Of a DNA stretch of 64,000 nt, positions 26,641-36,986 are shown piece after piece; position 1 is the stretch's first letter; the number at the start of each line of letters is the position of its first letter. The notes under the pieces were generated by a model, which was not told where the DNA came from, did no database searches, and saw only the letters and a program-made list of their open reading frames with translations. A program made the position numbers and the translations under genes. Location of the stretch: the NCBI GenBank assembly GCA_002269645.1, contig NIVC01002522.1, positions 1 through 64,000 of the forward strand, read 5' to 3'. Origin of the DNA: Macrostomum lignano. Its lineage: Eukaryota.

Positions 26641-27769
26641 TTTACTCTCTCTTCTCTCTCCCCTTTTCTCACTCCTCACTCTCCCCTCTCTTAACGCTCC
26701 CCTTTCTACTCTCTCCCTCTCACCTCTCCCCTGTCCTCACAATTCTCTCTCCCCTCTTCTCTCCATTCGCCTCTCCCCTCTCCTCACTCCACTTCTCTTT
26801 CTCTTTGTCTGTCGTCTCTCCTCTCTGTTCTCTCTCATCTGTCCTCTTTTCTCTCTTCTCTCTGCTCTCTGCTCTCTCCACTCTGCTCTTTCATATTTCC
26901 ACTCTTCTCTCTATCCTCTCATCTCTCCTCTACTCTCTGCTCTCTTCCAATCGTCTATTCCTTCTCCTTTCCACTCTTGTCTGGCCTGCAGCTATGAGCT
27001 GGATTCTTTATCTGGCTTCGAAAGCCAGTTTGTGGAACGTAGTACTCTCATGGTTGTTCTCATGCTTTAATTACGTCATTTTCCAGCCAATTAGCAGCCC
27101 TGAGAGGAAGTTGTGTACCTTCAGCTCCACTGCAGTCTGCATCAGTCTAAGAACCAAGAAAATACGCATTTCTTCGGAGGCCATTTAAATCGTAGGTAAA
27201 ACTTAATGTTAAAATTTCCATGGTGGGACTTGTACGTCGTATTGCATTGCATCGCTTTTTTCATAAATCTTCTGCTTTTAGCGCCATGCTAAAAGCGATG
27301 CAAAAAGCACCCATGCTGGATTGCCTTGATTTGCGAATAGCCATCCACTGTTAAACTGCTACAGAGTTTGCCTACACAGAGGGCAGTGGTACAATTTCTC
27401 ACTAAACAGTGCAACAGCGTAGCAACAGAAAATTCGAATAATATATCTTACGAACTAAATAATGAATTTTAAAGTTGAGCCTTCAAAATTATAGTTTTCC
27501 TACTCACCGCAGCATGCCTGTGGGTACCGTATCTACAATTAAGAAGTCTATTACCTGATCTGAGCAGCTTGAACCGTACCGATCCAAAAACGCCTTTGCT
27601 TCGCAAACCATTAACTGCATTATGAAAATAAATAGCACTGACTATAAGTTTACATAGCTTTGCTTAGCAACAGCGTCTAAAAGTAAAGCTGAAGTTGTTT
27701 CGTTGTTACAAAAATCAAATATTAACTAACCAGGAAACGGAAAGAACAATTTCTAATGCATATATACTC

Positions 27770-29595
27770 TTACAGCTTAATCAGTTTAGTATTCAGCATG
27801 TAGTGCTCGTAGCAGCAGGCCCGCTCGGCCCCAGTCCTGGACCGATAAATTATGGAAGTTGGGTTCTTGTGCCACTTCCAGGAGCGAAAACCGATGTTGA
27901 ATAGGCCCAACCAAACACGCACCAGACGGGTGTAGTCTGTGCTGACCTGTACCATTTCACCTGTGTGCGACTCAAACAGCAACTGCTTCACCTGATGCAA
28001 GCATCCCTCCTGGATGGCCCGTTCTAGGCTCGACCATTCCCAGTGCTCGATATCGATTTTAACAAGGTCAATTGGCCTATTAGCATAGCCAAGCTCATCT
28101 AATAGGTGACAAAGTGTCCGCATCTTCCAACCGCTGGAAGAGTCTACCTTGTTCTCGGCGCCCAGGCCAGTGCGGTAGAACCAAGACGTCTGCTTGCGCT
28201 GGTGATCACTCGTGCCAGTCATACTGGGATCAAACATGTACACCTTGCAGCGGTATTTCTCTGCCAATTGATCGTCGAATTTCCAAATGTTGTTGATGCC
28301 GAATGAGAAGGCCACGCACGGATCAGACCGGCTGATGTCAAACGGGGCGGTAAAGCAGACGTCCCAACCACCGTCTCCGGAATCGCCGACTCGCCTACTA
28401 AACGGATCTGTTGCTGCTCCACAAAGGCAAAGTACATATCCTCCACCTGCCTTTCCGTTTGGTTACCAAGATTGACTCGTCGAAGAGACTCCAGCCGGTT
28501 GAAGTTGCCAGTCTTGGAGATGGGCAGCAGTGTTCGAAGGTCGACGTTGGCCGAATCAGACGGGTTCCTGGCGGCCGATAAGTTTGCATCAGTTGTCAGG
28601 AAGTTGGAATTGATGTAGTACAGCTCGTGGCAGCAGGTTCGCAAAGTTGCATCATGCCGGCTGATGAAGTTACCGAACGTATTCCAGTTGTAGTGCCACA
28701 GACGGAAGCCAAGGCTGTGCAGACTTTCCAGGACAGCAAAGTACTCGAGATAGTCGTTGGCTGTGGCTTCACGCTTAATATGCGTCTCCAACAAGAGCTG
28801 CTTGACATTTTTTAGCGAACCATCCTTGACTGCAGTCTTCAGAGCTGGCCACTCTGAATGTTCGATGTCAATTTTCAGTATATCGATCACGCGATCTTCT
28901 GCTTTGAATCTCCTCAGGAATCCCAAATAACTGTCAACAGGCCAAGAGTGCAATGTTCCTTTCGCTGCGTGCAGGCCCTCGTTAAGAAAAACTATCTGCT
29001 CGCTGCGTACGAAGCTCTCTTTGTTCATGGACGGATCGAATGTTATCACGCGGCATTTAAACAGTTTCGCTACCTGGTCATCAAACTCCCAGATATTGTT
29101 GATGCCGAACGAGAAGCTGTAGCAGGGCTGCTTCGGTCCGAACGGTCCGGTTAGGCACAGATTCCAGCCGCCGTCGTCAGTTCGACCCAGCCTGCGGTTA
29201 GTTGAACACTCCGCCGTCAGCTCCAGTAGTACATTCTCGTACAGACTCTCTAGTTCCGACACGTTAAGCGTGGCCAGCTGATTCCCACGGGGATAATGCC
29301 GCTGTCTGTTGCTTCTAAGTCGGATAATACCGTTGTCGTAACGATGCACGGTAGGTACCGCATAGTTCGACTCAGACGCCGTCGCTGGAGCTGACTCCAC
29401 CGAAACGGTTGGCGCTGTCGGCATAGAAGCATTCGACTGCCGACTGCACAAAAACGGAGAAGTTCTGATTTCGGAATCGATGCTGCAAAACAGCAGTAGA
29501 CTGGCAGCGGCGCTGCACACTAGAAATAGAAGAGCGGAGGGCTTGTTCAACCAGGCTAAGGGTTTTTTTGCTGGGCCGATTTTGTGCGGCAGCAT
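27770..29595 (-). CDS. METTL24-like (FkbM/Methyltransf_22-type) type II membrane methyltransferase with two tandem domains; frameshift near 28401
   Basis: ATG at 29595, signal anchor SALLFLVCSAAASLLLFCS. Domain 1: RRLGRTDDGGWNLC..SFGINNIWEFD..FDPS..DILKIDIEHSEW..KQLLLETH..CCHELYYIN. Domain 2, restored by adding one base: RRVGDSGDGGWDVC..SFGINNIWKFD..DLVKIDIEHWEW..CCYEHYMLN. No intron needed. Confidence 0.85.
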
Positions 29596-30461
29596 TTTTA
29601 TTATTACTATAGTTGACGTCTTCCAGCAGTCGTACAAAAACCAATGGACGACGTTACACTGAACACAATAAATCAATGCTTTAGTAGATAAAGCCTGAGC
29701 CTTGCTTGCGACTGTCTGAACTCTGGCCAAGTTAGTAATCGGGTTGCTTTTCTTCTATCTTATGCTTCAGAGCGCACCCCTAGCACCTGTGCGCAAATAA
29801 AGGAAAGAAGGAAGGCTTCACGAATCACGAAAGAGGAACCAAAATTCGAAGCCCAAGGCCTGGCATGCTCTGGCGCTTTACTGGTGTTTTCGCAATGTAC
29901 ACTCTTGCACTGAAGAAGGCGCATTACACTGTCCAATAACTGAAGGCGCATATGCACATTCAGGAACGACGGGTTCGAGGGGAAAACAGGGGGGGGGCAT
30001 TGGATGGGGTTCGGTGATGCACTGCAAACAGTGAAGTAGCTGTCCAACGAATAGCACATTTAGTCATTCCGAACTGTTCCTCTTGCCTCTCTCTATGACC
30101 TTCCATTCTACGAGCTAACCATGGCGGCCTCTATAGCAGGGGAAGCGATCGAACGGGGGATTGGAGGGATCCTGTTAAACTTGCACACTTTGGTGTTTTG
30201 AATTATGAAAACTATATCAGCCAAATTTAACAACTTTTAAACAAATCAATTTAGCAAAGTTTGTGTTGCAGAAATGCTTATCGGATTTCTTCTGGTTCGA
30301 TAAGGAAATTCTTTATCACTTTGTTACTTTGAAGACATTTGAAGAAATGTGTCTAATACTCGTAGATATGTAAAGTTAAATCCAGCAGATTAAGTAAAAA
30401 TAGTCACAGATTCCCATGAGTCCTTACTTGGCTTTCGAATTTAAAGCACTTAATTTTGGCT

Positions 30462-31110
30462 CCCTGTCTATGACTGACTGTCTATGACAATTCCTGTCTA
30501 TGACTCCCTGTCTATGACTCCCTGTCTATGACTCTCTGTCTATGACTCCCTGTCTATGACTCCCTGTCTATGACTCTCTGTCTATGCCTCCCTGTCTATG
30601 ACTCTCTGTCTATGACTGCCTGTCTATGACAATTCCTGTCTATGACTCCCTGTCTATGACTCCCTGTCTATGACTCTCTGTCTATGACTCCCTGTCTATG
30701 ACAATTCCTGTCTATGACTCCCTGTCTATGCCTCCCTGTCTATGACTCCCTGTCTATGACTGACTGTCTATGACAATTCCTGTCTATGACTCCCTGTCTA
30801 TGACTCCCTGTCTATGACTCTCTGTCTATGACTCCCTGTCTATGACTCCCTGTCTATGACTCTCTGTCTATGCCTCCCTGTCTATGACTCTCTGTCTATG
30901 ACTGCCTGTCTATGACAATTCCTGTCTATGACTCCCTGTCTATGACTCCCTGTCTATGACTCTCTGTCTATGACTCCCTGTCTATGACAATTCCTGTCTA
31001 TGACTCCCTGTCTATGCCTCCCTGTCTATGACTCTCTGTCTATGACTCCCTGTCTATGACTCTGTCTATGACTTCCTGTATATGACTCCATGCCTGACTC
31101 CCTGTCTATG
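30462..31110. repeat. 14-bp tandem repeat (ctgtctatgactcc) with a roughly 286-bp higher-order duplication
   Basis: The variant pattern tgactgactgtctatgacaattcc recurs at 30471 and 30757. Confidence 0.95.
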
Positions 31111-31829
31111 TCTCCCTAAGCCTTCCTATCATCCTATCTAAATTTAATTCCTTTACAAACAATCAATCAGGTACATGTAGCATTTTGTTATTGATTGATC
31201 GACTGCATTGGCATTGATAGTGTTGATACATTATTGAACGCTTGGTAGCTTAGCAGAAATGGAATAGAATAAATATAAAAACATATCACATTGTTTGAAT
31301 TTAATTTTTACTTTTTCTTTATTCCATAAATGGATGAACGCATACTCAATTGCTTAAGTGAAGAGTTTTATTTTCGTCTGGAGAGCCTCCACAGAGAATT
31401 GACTGTCCTTCAGCCTTCACTTTCACATGTGAAGACTTCCACGCCCAGTCAAATTGAAAAAAAGGAAAAGAATAGCTCGTAGATATGCAATTTTGGCTCC
31501 CTTAAATTGATTATACCCTACGCCTGTGCAATGATTTTTAGGGATTGCATTTGAGTTCTTTCATTTTTCGAGGCCTTTAAAGGTATTTCGAATCGAACTG
31601 TTACTAAGAAGCGCCTGCATAGAGGATCGAGGCGTTTATCTCTGCTGAACATTCCCACATTGTAAAAGGTCCTATAATACACAACAGTTAATTGATAAAT
31701 GGGTTTTGTTTTTGTCTCACTTCTGATTTCTACTCATTAATTACTGATTCAATTCCAGCGTACACAAGTAACACTACATGTACAGGCGACGGCGACGTTG
31801 TGCTGGAATACTAAGAACAATATTCTATG

Positions 31830-31995
31830 AGGCGTTGTAGCCTTATAGTGGTCTGAGTGTCAGACTCACGACTGAAAGGTCGTGGGTTCGATTCTCGACC
31901 CACTCGAAACAATTTGTCCTTGAGCAAGACATTTAACTCTGCATTGCTTCAGTTCACTCAGCTGTAAAATGGGTGCCAGCATTAGCTGGGGTAAT
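31830..31995 (+). mobile_element. tRNA-derived SINE with a CORE (MIR-like) domain
   Basis: Pol III A box (tagccttatagtgg) and B box (ggttcgattct, 31885) followed by ccttgagcaagacatttaactctgcattgcttcagttcactcagctgtaaaatggg, which aligns with the CORE consensus cttgggcaagtcacttaacctctctgtgcctcagtttcctcatctgtaaaatggg. Confidence 0.8.
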
Positions 31996-32541
31996 TAAGC
32001 CCAATTGAGGCCCAATGTTAGTGTAATGGTTATAATATGTTTATACGTTAAAACATTATGCAGTTTTTGTTCAGTATATTTTGATCAATTGTCGTGCCGA
32101 TACTTTAAAATGTAAACCCGATCTCGTTAATGCAGTAATCAGCGTATATATACTGGTTACTAAATTCTGCCAGCTTAAAATGTATTCTCATAGCAATTAG
32201 TTTTGTCAGATTCTATATGTATCAAGTTTCACTGTAGGAGTGTTATGTAGCTGTAAGTATTACATGTATATATCTGCACTTCCTGCCCCGAGCTAGCTCT
32301 ATGCAGATTTTTGTTATAGTTTCTCTATATGACCCAAAAAGTGTTTTATTTATGCAAAGCTGGTTGTTTCGCAGAAAACTTTATTCAAAATACAGTATAT
32401 TAATTGTGGCTTGTTTTTTTTTCTAAATTGCTTCCTGCTTGCCAGCAAACCTAACATATAATGGCTATACATATGCACATGTGCATACTAGCTTTATCAA
32501 TTATTTGGTCATTTATATGATCTATAATCTAAAAACTTATA

Positions 32542-32928
32542 GAAACGGCGGCCGTGCCTCTAATCGTGATTAGGTCCATTACTTATAGATACGGCCGGGC
32601 CGCCGTGTCTAATAGCTATAAGAGCTTTTAGACACGGCGGCCGTGTCCGTAATACATTACATGTAGAACACGTCTCTCACTGGAGACAGCGGCCGTGTCA
32701 ATGAGTCTGCACAGCGCCAGCGGTCGTGTCATTATTAATATTATTGAATGAGTTCATACTAGAAGACACCGAGGGTGGCCGCGTGTCCCTATATAAGAAT
32801 CCATTCGACGCTACTGGATACGGCGGCGGTCTCTTTATTGCCAAAATTTAAAGCAACGGTGTACCATGTCAGCTTACACGGCGAACGTGCCTATTAAGCT
32901 CCAGCATTATAGACACGGCCGCCGTTTC
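32542..32928. mobile_element. MITE with about 24-bp TIRs and TA flanks
   Basis: ta|gaaacggcggccgtgcctctaat ... attatagacacggccgccgtttc|ta; several internal gacacggcggccgtgtc palindromes. Confidence 0.75.
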
Positions 32929-33162
32929 TAAGTACTGAAAATATACCATGTCAAGTACGAAAATTTGAAAATATTTTTACGACCCACCGTTGCGATGTAA
33001 GTCCAATTTGTTCCTTAGATAATTCTGTCTATTTTTTATTTCCAACCAACGAAGCTTGTTACTAAATTAGAGCATTTAATTGCGTAAAAAGGTCGGTAAA
33101 ATATAGTTTCGATCCAGATATTTTGTTAAGATATATTTATATCTGCGTACTTTTGAAATTTC

Positions 33163-33552
33163 GGGTCTCCCTATAACACGCCCCGCACCGCCCTGCAGCG
33201 CTACACATTAAAACAAATTGGACTATAACTGAAGACACTAAAAAATGCGTTTTCTGTTAAGCTTCAAAGTTTTTATTAAATTCAGTTTTTTTAATTTGAA
33301 ATATAAAATTCGGTGAATAATAAGTGATATTAACAATAATATTAATAAAATATAATTTATAATTTAAACTACAATTTAATAATGAAAGCGAAAATAATGA
33401 AACTAAAATTAATATTTAAAATATTAACTAAAGTTATTTATTCCATTACTATTACAACAAATATTTTTATTGCAATCAAATACTGCATTGACAAAAAATG
33501 TTATAATGTGTAGCGGTTCGGGGCGGTGCGGTGCGTGTTTTAGGGAGACCCT
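33163..33552. mobile_element. MITE with about 48-bp TIRs, AT-rich interior, flanked by gaaatttc on both sides
   Basis: gggtctccctataacacgccccgcaccgccctgcagcgctacacatta matches the reverse complement of the right end, (a)gggtctccctaaaacacgcaccgcaccgccccgaaccgctacacatta; 8-bp gaaatttc at 33155 and 33553. Confidence 0.8.
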
Positions 33553-35245
33553 GAAATTTCTCACCGAATTTGTGTCAACTGGAAACGTCCCGATGACGCC
33601 GCTGGAAAGTATTATAGAGGGTGGTGCCGTGGTGGGTGGTATAATAGAGGGAAATTGCCAATTGGCATTACTGGCTAGTTACTGGCGTTAATGTACCTAA
33701 ACAAAATTTCATTAAATTTTAATTAACTAAAGACTCGATGCTTGTAAAATACAGTTGCTTCCTGTTTGCCATCAAACTAAAGCTTGTAATAGAATTTCCA
33801 TGACAATGACATTTGATTTTGAGATTTTTCAATGCAAAAATAGAAGCAATCATTATCATAACAACGAGCGTATACTACGAGCGTATTTTATAAGTTTTTT
33901 GTAATTAATAATGTTTCTGTTTACCTAGGCCCTATGCCTATGGCTTGATTCCTTGATAATAACTTAAAATGCTCTTAAAATTCTAAGAAAATATTTGAAA
34001 TACTATTAAAACAAAGCCTAAGGGACAATAGCATTAAAGAGAAGTATATGTCTGTGATTACTAGGTTTTGTGATGGTTGCCTTTTTGACTTGCCCTTTTG
34101 ACTGTCACCTTTTTGACTATCACCCTTTTAATCAATTGCCTTTTTGATTGGTTCCTGACCATATATTTCACTTATAAACCAGTTTAGTAAGGGCATTTTG
34201 GCCTACCTATAACTATAACGTATAAGTATATAATTGTAATAATATAATTGTGATCATGTAATATACACTATAGATATTGTATAGGGGTCTAGTATTTATT
34301 TATCAATCTTATTTATTTTTTTATGTTTTGATTCTTAAATGTTTTATATAAGTCTAATTTTTATAGGTTAGTGGCTATTGGATAGAAATTGAGCCCTATG
34401 AAATGGGGCTCAATTTCCATGCATAGGGCCTACAATTTTCCATGCATACAATTGTCCCCAATGTAAATTTTTATATAATTTTATATATAAATTTTTTATA
34501 TATAAATAATGTAAATTGTCCCCAAAGTTATTCTAATGCATTTTATGCCATTTATACTATATAGACCTACATTGATATATATTTGTTGTAAAAAGTCTAA
34601 CATTCTCTTAAGAAAAATAATGCTAACTGCAACTGGCTAAGCAATTAATTTTTCATAAATTACTTTTGATTTTTTCTAAATCAATTAAAAATACAAATTT
34701 TTGTGATAAATTTTTGGTTTAAAGTAAGATAAGTAAAAATATTGGGATACCAATATTAAAATATTAAATGTTGTAATACCAACAACTTATAAGATTTTTA
34801 AATATTAAAAATCATAGAGCAATTTGGCTTTTTGGGTCTAAACTTAGGATGCCAAGTTGATAGCAAGGATGTTAAGTGATATCAATGAAAATATAAATCA
34901 ATTAAAATGCTAATATTATCCTTTGAATAGCTAAGCCTTTCTGACCCTTAGAAGTTGCAGATGTCTACAAACTCCATGTTTATAGATTAGTCCAAGTGTG
35001 ACAATTGATTAAAGTCTTTAAAGTCTTAAGATCTCAATAATTATAAAGTACAATATTAATGTTTCTTCTTGATCTTGACTTACTTACTTATTAAGGATCT
35101 TGATGCATATTTATGAAAAAAAACCTAGCAATGCTAAGGCTTAAAAGAGGGAGTGATGCAAATGCCAAGGAGAAAGGCTAAGGACTCAAGCATTATTGTC
35201 TCTAGTCTCATTAGAGTCTGCCAACTCTGTTAACTTACTGTAGCC

Positions 35246-36769
35246 ATGAGGCTGGCCCTGTCAGAGCTGCTACAACGCTGTGCAGATGGCGGCTACTGCC
35301 AGTCAGCTGGTTTCCTGCGCTGCGCTCAGCGCCATCCCACTCTGCTGGAGGCGCCACTGCATCTGCTCACAGCCAGCCGGGTCGACGCTCTTGTTGACGC
35401 TGTTGCTAAGCAACTATCCGACTGCGGCGCCGACTCTGGGACCGCTACCGACCTGGCCGAGTTGCTTGCCTACATTCACCTGTTTGCGCCGCGCCCGCCC
35501 GCCCCAGCTGGCGCCGATCTGGATAGGGTGGAGGCCGAACTGGCGCGACTGCGCAGCGCCGCCGAAGCAGCTGCCGGCGCTGGCGCCTCCGCTGGTGCCG
35601 TGGCCGCTTTGCGCTTCGCAATTCGCGACTCGCTGCTCTTTCTTGGCCTGAACGGGCGCCAGATTTGCAAACGCCAGTGGCGCCTTGACGCGCCAAGCGC
35701 GACCGATTTTGCGCAGAATTGCGCGGCGCTTATCGACGAACAGAACGCGCGCTTTAAGGAGTTGCGCCACGCCAAAAATAGCGAATCTGTTTCTGCAGAC
35801 GAGGCGCGTTTCTGGGGCGAGAGCGACTTGGAGGCCGACGACCCCGTTGGCGACGCCGCCGCAGCGCTGGAGCCGGCGCCGGCGCAAATGTCCAAAAAGA
35901 AGATCGCCCGCCTGGCCCGGCGCCTCGGCCGTTGCGCCGCCCGTCTGGTTAACGCTGCCGACCTCGCAGATTTTTGTCGCGACTCGCTGCGCCTGCTGGC
36001 CGAGCCTGGCCGAGTCCTGCGCGCCGGCCTCGACGCCGACGCTGTGGCCGCCTGGCGTCGTGCGTTCGATGTCAGCGTGACGCGCGCCCTGCCCCTGCTG
36101 CAGGCTGCAGAGGCGCCAGAACAGGCGCTAGACGCGACTCTGGCTTGCCTAGAATTCTGGCGCCGCCTGTTGGACCGACGGCGCTGCCAGACGGACGGCT
36201 GGTTCGGCGTTCCGGCGCTACAGTGCGCCCTGCAGTGCCTGCTCTGCCTGCCCGACTGGAATTCTGCAGCCGTGGCTTCGCCTTGTTCGCGTCTCCGTCT
36301 GATTGCTGCGACGGCTCGGTTTGTAGTGAAATCCGTGTCCCGGTTTCGCGAGTACCTGTACGCCTCCCCGGCCGCCCTGCTGGCCCTGCTCACCCGCCAG
36401 GTGGTCGCCTTCGTTGACTGCATCGATGCCACTAGCCAACCAGCGGCGTCGTCCGAGGAGCTTCGTCTGAGCCTGTCGGAGTTGAGCAAGGCTGCTCAGT
36501 CATTTTGCAGCGGCGAGCACAGGAAGCAGCTGGCTAAAACTGCCTGGCCACTGCTGGCCGCCTACGCCAACAGGCTGCACTCTGGCTCGGCTATCGACAC
36601 CCGCTGGCGCCAGGAGCTGGACGCGGCCGTGGCGGCGCCCTTCCTGGCCGTGACAGATCGGCACGCGCATTCGCATCTGCGCGTCGGCTTGAAACCGGGG
36701 CCGCGCGAAATATTAAGAAATTTACACGCCGCCTACTTGAAGTACTATAAATTTCACGGCGATGTTTAG
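35246..36769 (+). CDS. URB2/Npa2-like nucleolar ribosome-biogenesis protein (507 aa, single ORF)
   Basis: Long GC-rich helical ORF. Its C-terminus HLRVGLKPGPREILRNLHAAYLKYYKFHG matches the Urb2 C-terminal signature (cf. L.PG.R.IF..LY.DY.KY). AATAAA at 36799 and 36898. Confidence 0.72.
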   Translation: MRLALSELLQRCADGGYCQSAGFLRCAQRHPTLLEAPLHLLTASRVDALVDAVAKQLSDCGADSGTATDLAELLAYIHLFAPRPPAPAGADLDRVEAELARLRSAAEAAAGAGASAGAVAALRFAIRDSLLFLGLNGRQICKRQWRLDAPSATDFAQNCAALIDEQNARFKELRHAKNSESVSADEARFWGESDLEADDPVGDAAAALEPAPAQMSKKKIARLARRLGRCAARLVNAADLADFCRDSLRLLAEPGRVLRAGLDADAVAAWRRAFDVSVTRALPLLQAAEAPEQALDATLACLEFWRRLLDRRRCQTDGWFGVPALQCALQCLLCLPDWNSAAVASPCSRLRLIAATARFVVKSVSRFREYLYASPAALLALLTRQVVAFVDCIDATSQPAASSEELRLSLSELSKAAQSFCSGEHRKQLAKTAWPLLAAYANRLHSGSAIDTRWRQELDAAVAAPFLAVTDRHAHSHLRVGLKPGPREILRNLHAAYLKYYKFHGDV

Positions 36770-36986
36770 GTTTTGAAATTTATTACCCTGTTACTGAAAA
36801 TAAAGCACTTCGTTCTATTTGGCATTTGGTGTGCATTTCTATGCATTGTTAGTTGACTTTAAATTCTTGTTTCTTTTTGTTTTCTTAATTTTTTCTGAAT
36901 AAAGTGATGCCACATCAGTTTGTACTTCTGTCTGATATAACTACTCAATGATTTTCTTTCCAGATCTGCCTAGCAACTGCCTAACA

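Noticed and set aside
25053-27188. Long Leu/Ser hydrophobic ORFs resembling membrane proteins (also 55086-56174, 57259-58128, 60804-61623)
   Set aside because: Translations of CT-rich repeats.
31830-31905. tRNA gene
   Set aside because: A/B boxes are present, but there is no clean cloverleaf or acceptor stem and it runs directly into a SINE CORE domain.
34385-34417. Perfect 12-bp hairpin gaaattgagccc/gggctcaatttc
   Set aside because: Isolated in AT-rich DNA with no CTRR end or other element hallmark; cannot assign a function.
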